64,000 bases of DNA from an uncultured Bacteroidales bacterium. GTDB lineage: Bacteria > Bacteroidota > Bacteroidia > Bacteroidales > VadinHA17. The position numbers were made by a program, and so were the translations under genes. Shown piece by piece: positions 27,567 through 37,169 of the stretch. The stretch spans positions 34,106 through 98,105 of the forward strand of contig CAWADB010000006.1 of NCBI GenBank assembly GCA_963780735.1, written 5' to 3'. Below the pieces are notes generated by a model. The model was not told the origin of the DNA. It saw nothing but the letters and a program-made list of their open reading frames with translations, and searched no databases. Numbering within the stretch: the first letter of the stretch is position 1; each line of letters opens with the position of its first letter.

Positions 27567-28766
27567 CTATGACTTCCTTCCTTTTATAATATCAGGAAGC
27601 TGGTCATCCAAAACCGGTTTTTCAAGCAGGTGTTCCGGGAGGAAGAACTTGTTTGCAATCAGGGTGGGAATAACGGCACTTGCTATTACTGCACCAACAA
27701 TAATTGAATACTGTTCTGTACTGATAATGTTATTTGTAAGACCATATAATGCTGAGATAGTTCCAAATGTCAGTCCTGTTGACATCAGCAAAGTATAATA
27801 CCATTTTTCCTTCTGATGCTTCTTGAACCTGCTGATTACCGGATAGAGTCCGAAGATTTTGAACAATATTTTCCCACCAAAGAGAAGCAGGAATACCAGA
27901 AATGCGCCCAAAATTGCCGGCATGGAAACCAAGGCTCCTGCCCGCAGAAAATATATTGGTGTCAGAAACCCGATAGTCATGGTGCGTAATCTTCTGACAA
28001 AGAAGTTGTCTTTTTCAATGGTCCTGGCCAATATCATTCCAATAATGTATGCGGGCAGTACCGGTTCACTTCCGGACCACATAGCCAGAACACCCATTGA
28101 TAACAGAACAAAAAGAATCCATTTGGTGCGTATAGCGGCCGTCTTAAAGGCAAAATGCTTTATCAGAAATTCAGTAATTGCGGGTAAAGTGAAAATCAGG
28201 AGTACCGTTACTGCAATAAATACCAACGTTTTATATGTAAATGGCGCAAATATCAATCCCAAACCTATTACCGTTCCCAGGTCATTCACGAAACAGGAAC
28301 CAAGGATGCTTTTGCCGAAAGATGTCCTGTTAAACCCGTATTCTATCATCACAGCATAGACTACAGCCATAGATGTTGTGGAAAGTGCGATTCCTGTCAG
28401 CAGGCTGGGGCGCAAACCCCAATCAAGAATAAAATATGCAATCAAAGATGTTCCGATGAAAGGAGCGAAGAAACCGACAAGTCCGACAACAGTGATTTCC
28501 TTGAATTTTGACTTTAATGAATCAGGGTTAAGTTCTGACCCTGCCAGGAATGTAAGCATTATGGCAGCCACACCTGCAATAAATTTCATCCAGTCGGCAT
28601 TCAGTGTTAGTTTGTCAAACGATCCTGATTTAAATGCGATAAAGCCGATAATTGCACCGATAATGATTTCCATCAGTGCATTTGAAATTTTCAGACGGTT
28701 CGCAATGACTGTCGAGATGAGTGCTGAGAAGAACCAGAAGGCTGCTAATGTATAGATGTTTATCAT
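27567..28766 (-). CDS. Cation:proton antiporter (CPA family Na+/H+ or K+/H+ exchanger)
   Basis: 399-aa polytopic membrane protein (about 11-12 TM helices). Its Na_H_exchanger-like segments include LMEIIIGAIIG and FLAGSELN. Confidence 0.75.
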   Translation of the reverse strand: MINIYTLAAFWFFSALISTVIANRLKISNALMEIIIGAIIGFIAFKSGSFDKLTLNADWMKFIAGVAAIMLTFLAGSELNPDSLKSKFKEITVVGLVGFFAPFIGTSLIAYFILDWGLRPSLLTGIALSTTSMAVVYAVMIEYGFNRTSFGKSILGSCFVNDLGTVIGLGLIFAPFTYKTLVFIAVTVLLIFTLPAITEFLIKHFAFKTAAIRTKWILFVLLSMGVLAMWSGSEPVLPAYIIGMILARTIEKDNFFVRRLRTMTIGFLTPIYFLRAGALVSMPAILGAFLVFLLLFGGKILFKIFGLYPVISRFKKHQKEKWYYTLLMSTGLTFGTISALYGLTNNIISTEQYSIIVGAVIASAVIPTLIANKFFLPEHLLEKPVLDDQLPDIIKGRKS

Positions 28767-29053
28767 AAAAAACTCCTGTAAATAAAAGATCCGTAGGAGT
28801 TATCAGCCAGAGCGGTTAATGGCGAACTCCATCGCCAGTGGACAAATGTAGGAATATTAAATTAAAATAGTAAAGCGTATTTCGTTCCTGTTTAACAACT
28901 GGATGAAATGCTTTCCCGTGGCCGTTGGGTTTCTTATTCGCGGCAAAAACAGGCGACAAAGAAATGGATACAAATCTTCACCTTTTCGCTGACAGTGAAC
29001 CTAAATACATCTTTGTTGTTAATCATGAACTCAGGCGAAACAAAAGACATCAT

Positions 29054-30706
29054 ATGAAAAGATTTATCCTGACCCTGGTGTTGCTCCTGATCATCATTGT
29101 GCCTGGCTCAGGAAGTGTTTCCACATCACTGAAGAAATACATCGGCGAGATGAATGCAGGAGCAAGCTATGAAGTTAACAATGAGATCATTATGTGTGAT
29201 CAGATGCTCCAGCTGTTTTATATCAACAGGCTCTATGGCCCTGCATGGACCAGTCAGATCGCCCCCGGAGATAATGCCTTTAATCTGCTTGATTATATCC
29301 GCACTGTTGAACGGCAGGGTCTCCGGCCTGAAGACTATCACCTGCAGGTAATTGAAGATTATATAGAGAAAATTTATTCATCCATCCCGGCGGACCCGTA
29401 TGACCTGATGGCACTTGATGTGATGCTCACAGACGCCTTTTTATTGCTGGGATCTCATTTGTACTATGGCAAAACAGACCCTGCAATTGCGGGCATGTAT
29501 CAGGGATCACAGCTCAAAAATCCCGGATTAAGGCTGGATATGATACTGGAAGAGGCGCTGAACACAAATACCGTAGCCAACAGGCTTAATATGCTGGTGC
29601 CCTCTAATCCATCATACCGGATGATGCAAGGAGAGCTTCTCTTTTTTCAAAACCTGGAAATACAGCCCTGGCCGGCAATTATTTCAGAAAAGACAATCAA
29701 ACCGGGAGATTTAAGCCTGGCTGTTCCCATGATCAGGGAAAGACTGAACAAACTGAGATATGCAGTATCAGACACCGTCTCGGAAACATTTGATGAGGAT
29801 CTGGTAAAACAGGTGAAGTTGTTTCAGAACGACTGGGGATTAAACACCGATGGTGTGATCGGGAAAGAAACCCTTAAATGCCTTAACTTTCCGCCCTCCC
29901 GGCTGGCCGATCAGTTGAAAGTGAATATGGAGAGATTCAGATGGCTTCCGTCTGAGACTGCCGAAAAACGTATTGTAGTGAATATTGCCAACTGCCGGCT
30001 CGACCTGATAGAAGGAACAGATACCCTTGCCTCCATGAGAGCTGTGGTAGGCAGGGAAACCCGCAGAACACCTGTCTTTAACGGGAAGCTGACATACATT
30101 GTCTTTAATCCCTCATGGACCGTTCCCAAAACAATATTGGAGGAGGATGTGATACCCGAACTGCTCAAGGGGCCAGACTACCTTACCCGGAAGAATTTAA
30201 AACTTCTTAACCGGGACGGGTCGGAATTAGCGTACAGCGATATTGACTGGGTGCAGGATCTGCTGCTTAGTTTTCCCTACATGATCAGACAGGATCCGGG
30301 ACCGGGAAATGCACTTGGCAGGGTCAAGTTCATGTTTCCGAATAATTACGATGTGTACATTCATGATACCCCGTCAAAGGAAATTTTTGCACTTAACTCA
30401 AGAGCGGTCAGCTCCGGCTGTGTAAGGGTGGAAAAACCGCTTGACCTGGCTGCAGAGCTGCTCTCTGATGCTCCGGGATGGTCCCCCGACAGCATTAGTA
30501 AAGTAGTGAAGCTTAATGAACCAAGGACGGTATTCCTGAAAAAACCGGTCGATGTGGAGCTGGTTTACATCACAGCCTGGATAGACGGGAACGGCCGCGT
30601 ACAGTTCCGGAACGACATCTATCAGGATGACGGAAAAGTGCTGGAAGCACTGAATGGTAAACCCGCCGAAGGCCTGCTAACTGCTATGGTCACAGGACTG
30701 AATTAA
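29054..30706 (+). CDS. L,D-transpeptidase family protein (YcbB-like, with a peptidoglycan-binding domain)
   Basis: Signal peptide MKRFILTLVLLLIIIVPGSG. A PG_binding_1-like segment (VKLFQNDWGLNTDGVIGKETL) is present, and the YkuD catalytic motif is IHDTP...SSGCVRV. I prefer the ATG at 29054 to the ORF-track start at 28925. Confidence 0.85.
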   Translation: MKRFILTLVLLLIIIVPGSGSVSTSLKKYIGEMNAGASYEVNNEIIMCDQMLQLFYINRLYGPAWTSQIAPGDNAFNLLDYIRTVERQGLRPEDYHLQVIEDYIEKIYSSIPADPYDLMALDVMLTDAFLLLGSHLYYGKTDPAIAGMYQGSQLKNPGLRLDMILEEALNTNTVANRLNMLVPSNPSYRMMQGELLFFQNLEIQPWPAIISEKTIKPGDLSLAVPMIRERLNKLRYAVSDTVSETFDEDLVKQVKLFQNDWGLNTDGVIGKETLKCLNFPPSRLADQLKVNMERFRWLPSETAEKRIVVNIANCRLDLIEGTDTLASMRAVVGRETRRTPVFNGKLTYIVFNPSWTVPKTILEEDVIPELLKGPDYLTRKNLKLLNRDGSELAYSDIDWVQDLLLSFPYMIRQDPGPGNALGRVKFMFPNNYDVYIHDTPSKEIFALNSRAVSSGCVRVEKPLDLAAELLSDAPGWSPDSISKVVKLNEPRTVFLKKPVDVELVYITAWIDGNGRVQFRNDIYQDDGKVLEALNGKPAEGLLTAMVTGLN

Positions 30707-30752
30707 TTCTCGAGTCTATAAAATACTTTGTCTTACTGCCTCACTAACAGTG

Positions 30753-32066
30753 TCAGTTTCCATGGACCAGCATTCCTGCTGCAACAGTTTCATTGGATCC
30801 TTCGTCAATAAGGATCAGACTACCAGTTATATGATTCCTCTCATATGTATCGAAGCAGATTGGTTTTGAAGTTCTTATCCTGATACATGCTATATCATTC
30901 ATCCGGACAGAAATGTCAGAACTGTCTTTTTCCAGTGATTCGATGTTTACCTTATAATCGACAGCTTTAATCTGGCAGGTTGCATCATTGCTATAGTTGC
31001 GAATCACATATTTACCGGACGACTGAAGTGGCTTTTCATTGAACCAGCACAACATCAGGTTAAGATCCTGACTTATCTCCGGCATATCCAATGGCCTGAC
31101 AATCAGATCACCCCTGCTTATATCTATTTCGTCCTCAAGAGTTATAATAACCGACTCACCAGCAGAAGCCTCAGAGAGGCTCTTCTCAAAAACTTCAATG
31201 CTCTTTATCTTTGATTTAAGCATGGATGGAAGCACAATTATTTCCTCCCCGGTTTTAAAGACTCCGCTGGCTACCCTTCCGGCATAGCCCCTGAAGTCAT
31301 GATATTCCTTTGAATGCGGACGAATAATTGTCTGGACAGGGAAACGAGGACCTTCGTGATCTTTATTCTTATTTACTTCTACTGTCTCCAGCAGGCGGAG
31401 AAGAGTTTCACCTTTATACCAGCCCATGAATTCCGATGGTTCAACAACATTGTCACCATATTTTGCGCTTATTGGAATATATTCCGGGTTCAGAATATTC
31501 AGTTTCCCGGAAACCAGTCTTAATTCGGCGGTTATTTCATTGAATACTCCTTCACTGTGATTTACCATATCCATCTTATTGACACAGAATACTATGTGCC
31601 TGATACCCAGCAGTGATGCAATATAAGAATGCCTGATTGTCTGTTCAAGGACACCTTTTCTGGCATCGATGAGTATTAAAGCCAGATCAGCGGTACTTGC
31701 ACCGGTGACCATATTGCGTGTGTATTGGAGATGTCCGGGGGTATCAGCGATAATGAATTTCCTGGCTGGCGTTGCAAAATACCTGTACGCCACATCAATG
31801 GTTATACCCTGTTCACGCTCCGCCCTCAAACCGTCAGTCAGCAACGACAGATCGAGTTCTTCGCGACCCAGTCGCTTCCCCGATTGCAAAATATGCTCCA
31901 TCTGGTCCTCAAAAATTGATTTACTGTCATAAAGAAGCCGTCCGATCAGGGTACTCTTTCCATCGTCAACACTTCCTGCAGTCGTAAATCTGAGCAGGCT
32001 CTTATTTTTATCCGGGTTCACTTTCATAAATGAAGGTCTTGAATCTTGATTATTAACAGGTTGCAT
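30753..32066 (-). CDS. cysN: Sulfate adenylyltransferase subunit 1 (GTPase subunit)
   Basis: GTPase motifs GSVDDGKSTLIGRL, DTPGH and NKMD. It is 437 aa and lacks a fused APS kinase domain. Confidence 0.9.
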   Translation of the reverse strand: MQPVNNQDSRPSFMKVNPDKNKSLLRFTTAGSVDDGKSTLIGRLLYDSKSIFEDQMEHILQSGKRLGREELDLSLLTDGLRAEREQGITIDVAYRYFATPARKFIIADTPGHLQYTRNMVTGASTADLALILIDARKGVLEQTIRHSYIASLLGIRHIVFCVNKMDMVNHSEGVFNEITAELRLVSGKLNILNPEYIPISAKYGDNVVEPSEFMGWYKGETLLRLLETVEVNKNKDHEGPRFPVQTIIRPHSKEYHDFRGYAGRVASGVFKTGEEIIVLPSMLKSKIKSIEVFEKSLSEASAGESVIITLEDEIDISRGDLIVRPLDMPEISQDLNLMLCWFNEKPLQSSGKYVIRNYSNDATCQIKAVDYKVNIESLEKDSSDISVRMNDIACIRIRTSKPICFDTYERNHITGSLILIDEGSNETVAAGMLVHGN

Positions 32067-32068
32067 TA

Positions 32069-32983
32069 TCAGAAATATCCTTCCTTCTTACGGTCTTCCA
32101 TTGCTGCCTCTGATCGTTTATCGTCATACCTCCCGCCTCTTTCGGTCACTCGGGTTGCAGCGATTTCAGAAATGACCTCTTCCAGTGTCTGTGCTTTTGA
32201 AATAGTAACCCCGGTACAGGTTATATCGCCAATTGTACGGCAACGCACGTCAGCTTCAAAGACTTGTTCGGTTGGTTTTAGTTGCATGAAAGGTGCCCAG
32301 GCAAGATGTACTCCATTCCGCCTGAAGATTTTTCTCCGGTGCGTATAGTACAACTCAGGCAGTGCAATGTTTTCTGTAAGGATATATTGCCAGACATCCA
32401 GTTCAGTCCAGTTACTGATGGGAAAGACTCTGAAATGCTCACCCGGATGTTTGCGTCCATTAAAGATATTCCAAAGTTCAGGACGCTGATTTTTGGGGTC
32501 CCACTGACCAAATTCATTTCTGTGAGAGAAGAAACGTTCTTTAGCCCTGGCCTTTTCCTCATCACGGCGACCTCCTCCGATGGCCACATCGATCTTAAGT
32601 TCCTCTATTGCATCAAGGAGGGTTACTGACTGTGCCTTGTTGCGGCTGGCATTAATTCCATTCTCCTCTGTCACTCTCCCATTATCTATTGAATCCTGTA
32701 CGTATTTTATGATAAGGTCAGCACCCAGCTCTCTTGCCAGGTTATCACGGAACTTTAGTGTTTCCTCAAAATTATGACCCGTATCAATATGCATAAGGCT
32801 AAAAGGTATGCTGGCGGGCCAGAAAGCTTTTCTGGCAAGATGGACAAGTACAATCGAATCCTTGCCACCTGAAAAAAGCAGTACCTTATTCTCAAACTGA
32901 GCAGCCACTTCCCGCATCACAAAAATAGCTTCATTCTCAAGCTCCTTAAGATGCTCGCTGTTGATTTCCATACCTTCCTTCAT
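32069..32983 (-). CDS. cysD: Sulfate adenylyltransferase subunit 2
   Basis: PAPS_reduct/ATP-PPase fold: LLFSGGKDS, PISNWTELDVWQYI. Length is 304 aa. Confidence 0.9.
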   Translation of the reverse strand: MKEGMEINSEHLKELENEAIFVMREVAAQFENKVLLFSGGKDSIVLVHLARKAFWPASIPFSLMHIDTGHNFEETLKFRDNLARELGADLIIKYVQDSIDNGRVTEENGINASRNKAQSVTLLDAIEELKIDVAIGGGRRDEEKARAKERFFSHRNEFGQWDPKNQRPELWNIFNGRKHPGEHFRVFPISNWTELDVWQYILTENIALPELYYTHRRKIFRRNGVHLAWAPFMQLKPTEQVFEADVRCRTIGDITCTGVTISKAQTLEEVISEIAATRVTERGGRYDDKRSEAAMEDRKKEGYF

Positions 32984-33708
32984 TGTTTCTTTTCTTCTAA
33001 TTCCTTAATATGGAGGCCACACTCCTTAGGACCGTCATTCTCCCACCACCATCTGCCCGAGCGGAAATCCTGACCTCTTAAAACAGCCTTCGTACATGGC
33101 TCACATCCTATACTCAGGTAGCCTTTATCATGCAGAGAATTGTAAGGAATACCATTCTCTTTAATATAATTCTCTACCTTCTCAAATGACCAGTCAATCA
33201 GGGGATGATATTTAAACAGTTTCCTTTTTTCGTCATACTCAAGAGCATTCATCTGACTTCGGTTGCCGGACTGGCTTGCCCTTATCCCTGAGATCCAGCA
33301 TTCCATGCCCTCCAGGGCCCGGTTCAGAGGCACAACTTTCCTGATTTTGCAACACTCTTCTCTGTTTTCCCTTGATTCGTAAAAACTGAACGGGCCTTTC
33401 TCAGTAACCATCCTTTCAACTGCCTGATATTCCGGGAAACAGATCTCTATTTTCTTTTTGTATTTAATTATTGTTTCCGAAAAGACCTCATACGTTTGCC
33501 TGAACAGCCTTCCGGTGTCAAGAGTAACAATTCTGATAGGAAAGTTATTACTGAAAATAACATGAGTAATTACCTGATCTTCAATTCCGAAACTTGTGGT
33601 AAATATTACTTTCCCTTTAAAAACAGATGACAGCTTCTCAAGAGCCTCTTCAATAGATTTGCCTGTGAGCTGATCATTTAACTCCTTCAACATTATATTT
33701 CTTTCCAT
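32980..33708 (-). CDS. cysH: Adenylylsulfate (APS)/PAPS reductase, thioredoxin-dependent; Fe-S cluster (APS-reductase) type
   Basis: The C-terminal ECGLH motif is present. The Cys pair CCKIRKVVPL and SIGCEPCT are the CC...CxxC ligands typical of [4Fe-4S] assimilatory APS reductases. Confidence 0.85.
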   Translation of the reverse strand: MERNIMLKELNDQLTGKSIEEALEKLSSVFKGKVIFTTSFGIEDQVITHVIFSNNFPIRIVTLDTGRLFRQTYEVFSETIIKYKKKIEICFPEYQAVERMVTEKGPFSFYESRENREECCKIRKVVPLNRALEGMECWISGIRASQSGNRSQMNALEYDEKRKLFKYHPLIDWSFEKVENYIKENGIPYNSLHDKGYLSIGCEPCTKAVLRGQDFRSGRWWWENDGPKECGLHIKELEEKKQ

Positions 33709-33997
33709 CAGATTTAGTCCAGATTTTAAAATTTACTTTATGTATGCGTGCCCATAATCTTTCATGGAAAAAGTACAGGATGGTCTTTGTAATTACTTCC
33801 ACGCTTCCAATAGACAGTGCAACAGTCACTTTTCCGGTAATAAAATAGCTGATTATTATTGTGTCAATAGTCCCGACAATACGCCAGGAAACTGCTTTCA
33901 TGACACTCTTTATGGGTTTGTCAGCTCTGTTGCTAATCCTGATAGCCCCTTTTGAAATATTTGTGTCTTCAGGTTGTTTTAAGAGTACATCCAGCAT
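33674..33997 (-). CDS. DUF2061 family membrane protein
   Basis: KSVMKAVSWRIVGTIDTIIISYFITG...EVITKTILYFFHERLW matches the DUF2061 pattern. I prefer the ATG at 33997; the ORF track uses a TTG at 34018. The 3' end overlaps the cysH start by about 35 nt. Confidence 0.6.
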   Translation of the reverse strand: MLDVLLKQPEDTNISKGAIRISNRADKPIKSVMKAVSWRIVGTIDTIIISYFITGKVTVALSIGSVEVITKTILYFFHERLWARIHKVNFKIWTKSDGKKYNVEGVK

Positions 33998-34162
33998 AGC
34001 AGATTCAATTATGCTCAAATGTAAGGGTGGAAATTATATGTATCAGTGGCACTTATGCCCGATCTTCAATAGTACTAGTACATACCGGCAGATAAGTAAA
34101 TAGTCCCATTTCAGACTGACACCTGGCGTGCGGGCGAACGCTACCCCGCTCAATAAAGGATT

Positions 34163-34714
34163 TTAATCCAGGCGGTCAGGGTCTCTGTGAGATTTTTTTT
34201 GATCCAGAAGGGATTTCAAATCTTTTGTCCATTCCCTGATTTTATTCCAGTCACGGTGATCCCCCTCTTTCCACACTCCGGTCATCACGCTGATTTTGAA
34301 TTTAAGCCTGTCGCCAAACGTCGGCAGCTTCTTTATATCCAGGATACCGGTAAACAGACCAACGCTGACCGGAGTCACAAGCTCACGCACGGGGTCAAGA
34401 AAACCTGACACCATCGGGCGGTACTCCTCTCCTTTCTTCATGGCAAGGGTCATGCATACAAGAAATGCCGCAAACGGTTTGCGCGCAAGCGTCTCCTTGT
34501 TGTCCCTTACAAAATCCATCGCCTCCGGAAGCCATTTGGCGCTTTGTATTGCACTCCCTGCAACTACTGCTTCATAAGCTGACAAGTCTTTGACATCCTT
34601 CATGGGTATGACATCAACAGATTCTCCCATCAGGGATAATGTCTCACCTAGGGTTTTTGCCACTCCTTCTGTGGATCCGGTTCTGGTGGCATAGGTTATC
34701 AGAATTTTTCCCAT
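34163..34714 (-). CDS. Flavodoxin-like domain protein
   Basis: The N-terminus KILITYATRTGSTEGVA is the flavodoxin FMN-phosphate loop. Length is 183 aa. Confidence 0.7.
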   Translation of the reverse strand: MGKILITYATRTGSTEGVAKTLGETLSLMGESVDVIPMKDVKDLSAYEAVVAGSAIQSAKWLPEAMDFVRDNKETLARKPFAAFLVCMTLAMKKGEEYRPMVSGFLDPVRELVTPVSVGLFTGILDIKKLPTFGDRLKFKISVMTGVWKEGDHRDWNKIREWTKDLKSLLDQKKSHRDPDRLD

Positions 34715-34726
34715 AATGATACTAAA

Positions 34727-35759
34727 TCAGATAATATTAACCTCTCTTTCAAGTGAGATCCCAAATTTGTCGTAAACAGATGCTTCTATCTTTTCTGCAA
34801 GTGCCAGAATATCTCTTCCTGTCGCAGTGCCATAATTAACCAGTATCAGCGCCTGCTTTTCATAACATCCGGCGTCGCCAAGCCTGTATCCCTTCCAGCC
34901 TGCCTGTTCGATCAGCCATCCTGCCGGTATTTTGTAAAGGTCTCCCTGTCTGAAGACTTTTGCATGCGGATAAGACGAGGAGAGAACCTGAAATTCAGAT
35001 TCGGTGATGACGGGATTCTTGAAGAAACTGCCGGCATTGCCTGCCTGTTGAGGATCGGGCAGTTTAGAGCGTCTTATACCGGCAATAATCGAGGAAATAT
35101 CCCTTACAGACGGATTGACAATATCTCCTGCCGCCAGCTCCTTTCTGATGTCACCGTAGTCAAGCCTCAGCTCAGGTGTTTTCGACAACCGGAAAACAAC
35201 CGAACAGATCACTGCCCTGTTTTTCATCTCCCTTTTGAAGATGCTGTCCCTGTAACCGAACCCGCATGCCTCGTTGTCAAGCGTCATCCATTCCTTTTTC
35301 TCCAGGTGAAATGCTTTAACGCTGACAATCACATCTGAGGCTTCAGCACCGTATGCACCTATGTTTTGCACCGGGGCTGCTCCCACTGTCCCCGGTATCA
35401 GTGTCAGATTTTCAATTCCACCCAGGTTTCTTGCGACAGCATAATCAACAAGATCCTCCCACTTTTCGCCTGCACCTGCCTGCAATAAACACAGAGTCTC
35501 CGCTTTCACCGATTATACTGATACCCCTGATCTCGTTCCTGATAACCACACCCTTGAAATCATGTGTTAATAAAACATTGCTCCCCTGACCAAGTATCAG
35601 CAGATCAGTCAAATTCTCTGAAATTGAACTGAAATCAGGAAGATCCAGGATCTCAGCAATATCTTCCGGACTTTTCAGGCAAAAATAATGGGCAGCATTT
35701 ACATCAACGCCAAAAGTGTTGTATGGCAACAGGCTTATATTTTTCTGGTAAAAAATCAT
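34727..35759 (-). pseudogene. murB: UDP-N-acetylmuramate dehydrogenase MurB, split by a single-base frameshift (or a sequencing error)
   Basis: The N-terminal 104-aa ORF (35445-35759; LLPYNTFGV..., ILGQGSNVL) and the C-terminal 260-aa ORF (34727-35509; AGAGEKWEDLV..., GIENLTLIPGTVGAAPVQNIGAYG) together give about 343 aa. Removing one T in the run near 35484-35490 restores ...GDSVLLQAGAGEKW... Confidence 0.8.
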
Positions 35760-35846
35760 CCCAACAATATTAGGAAAATAAATCCTCTTAATGAAGATCT
35801 TCTTAGTTTTGTAAAAGCCTTATAACAAGTCCTAAAAGTTGAGTCA

Positions 35847-37157
35847 ATGAAATCATTCGAGGTAATTGGTGGTTCAAAACTAAAAGGTGAGATTGTTCCC
35901 CAGGGAGCGAAGAATGAAGCCCTTCAGGTTATATGTGCTGTTCTGCTCACTTCGGACGAGGTGGTCATTTCGAATATCCCCGACATTGTGGATGTCAGAT
36001 TGCTGATAGAAATCCTCTCGGACATGGGAGTGGAGGTGAGAAAGATCAGTGAGGACACATACAGCTTCAAGGCGGCACATACGATTATTGACAGGCTGTA
36101 CGACCCTGAATTTCACCGTAAGGCAAACAGGCTGAGAGGATCGGTGATGATCGCAGGACCTTTGCTCTCAAGGTTTAAAAGGTCAGTTCTGCCGAGGCCC
36201 GGCGGCGATAAAATAGGCAGGAGGAGGATGGATACCCATATCATCGGGTTTGAAAAGCTGGGGGCTATAGCGGAATATGACGAGGAAGAGGGTTACTTCC
36301 GCCTTTCTGCCGCATCACTCAGGGGAGCAGACATACTGCTTGATGAACCCAGCGTGACCGGAACGGCAAACCTGATCTTTGCAGCGGTGATGGCAGAAGG
36401 TGAAACAACCATATATAATGCTGCCTGCGAACCTTACATACAGCAGCTGTGCCTGATGCTTAACAGCATGGGTGCTGAGATCAGCGGCATCAAATCGAAT
36501 TTTCTGAGAATAAGGGGAGTTAAGGTTCTCAGAGGCTGCCAACACCGCATCCTGCCTGATATGATTGAGGTTGGATCATTCATAGGAATGGCGGCAATGA
36601 CCGGATCTTCAATAAGGATTAAGAATGCAGGAATTGAGCATCTGGGTATCATCCCGGAGAAATTCAGACAGATGGGAATCACGCTTCAGATTGAGGAAGA
36701 TGATATTGTAATTCCGGAGCAGGGTATTTATGAAATACGGAATAACCTTGACGGATCCATATTAACCATCTATGATCACCCCTGGCCCGGGCTTACTCCT
36801 GATTTAATAAGCATCTTCCTGGTGGTTGCCATTCAGGCCAGGGGCAGCGTGCTTATACATCAGAAAATGTTTGAAAGCCGTTTGTTCTTTGTCGACAAGC
36901 TTATAGACATGGGTGCACGGATCATTCTGTGTGATCCGCACAGGGCAACAGTTATCGGACTGGAACGTCGCCAGAACCTGAGGGGTGTTACGATGAACAG
37001 CCCGGATATCAGGGCCGGAGTGGCATTGCTGATTGCTTCGATGAGCGCTGACGGAATGAGTATTATTCACAATATCGAGCAGATAGACCGGGGCTATCAG
37101 CACCTTGACACAAGGTTAAATAACCTTGGCGCCATGATAAGAAGAATAGATTCCTGA
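35847..37157 (+). CDS. murA: UDP-N-acetylglucosamine 1-carboxyvinyltransferase
   Basis: 436 aa. Motifs GAKNEAL, PGGDKIGRRRMDTH and the EPSP-synthase-like fold. Confidence 0.95.
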   Translation: MKSFEVIGGSKLKGEIVPQGAKNEALQVICAVLLTSDEVVISNIPDIVDVRLLIEILSDMGVEVRKISEDTYSFKAAHTIIDRLYDPEFHRKANRLRGSVMIAGPLLSRFKRSVLPRPGGDKIGRRRMDTHIIGFEKLGAIAEYDEEEGYFRLSAASLRGADILLDEPSVTGTANLIFAAVMAEGETTIYNAACEPYIQQLCLMLNSMGAEISGIKSNFLRIRGVKVLRGCQHRILPDMIEVGSFIGMAAMTGSSIRIKNAGIEHLGIIPEKFRQMGITLQIEEDDIVIPEQGIYEIRNNLDGSILTIYDHPWPGLTPDLISIFLVVAIQARGSVLIHQKMFESRLFFVDKLIDMGARIILCDPHRATVIGLERRQNLRGVTMNSPDIRAGVALLIASMSADGMSIIHNIEQIDRGYQHLDTRLNNLGAMIRRIDS

Positions 37158-37169
37158 TTTCGGAATCCG

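Noticed and set aside
28925-29053. N-terminal 43-codon extension of the L,D-transpeptidase ORF (non-ATG start at 28925)
   Set aside because: The ATG at 29054 gives a canonical signal peptide immediately. The extension has no hydrophobic or conserved character.
34072-34081. Perfect 10-bp palindrome GTACTAGTAC in the leader of the cys operon, considered as an operator
   Set aside because: Dozens of 10-bp palindromes are expected by chance in 64 kb, and it has no flanking extension or second half-site. I could not match the 144-nt leader to any riboswitch consensus I know.
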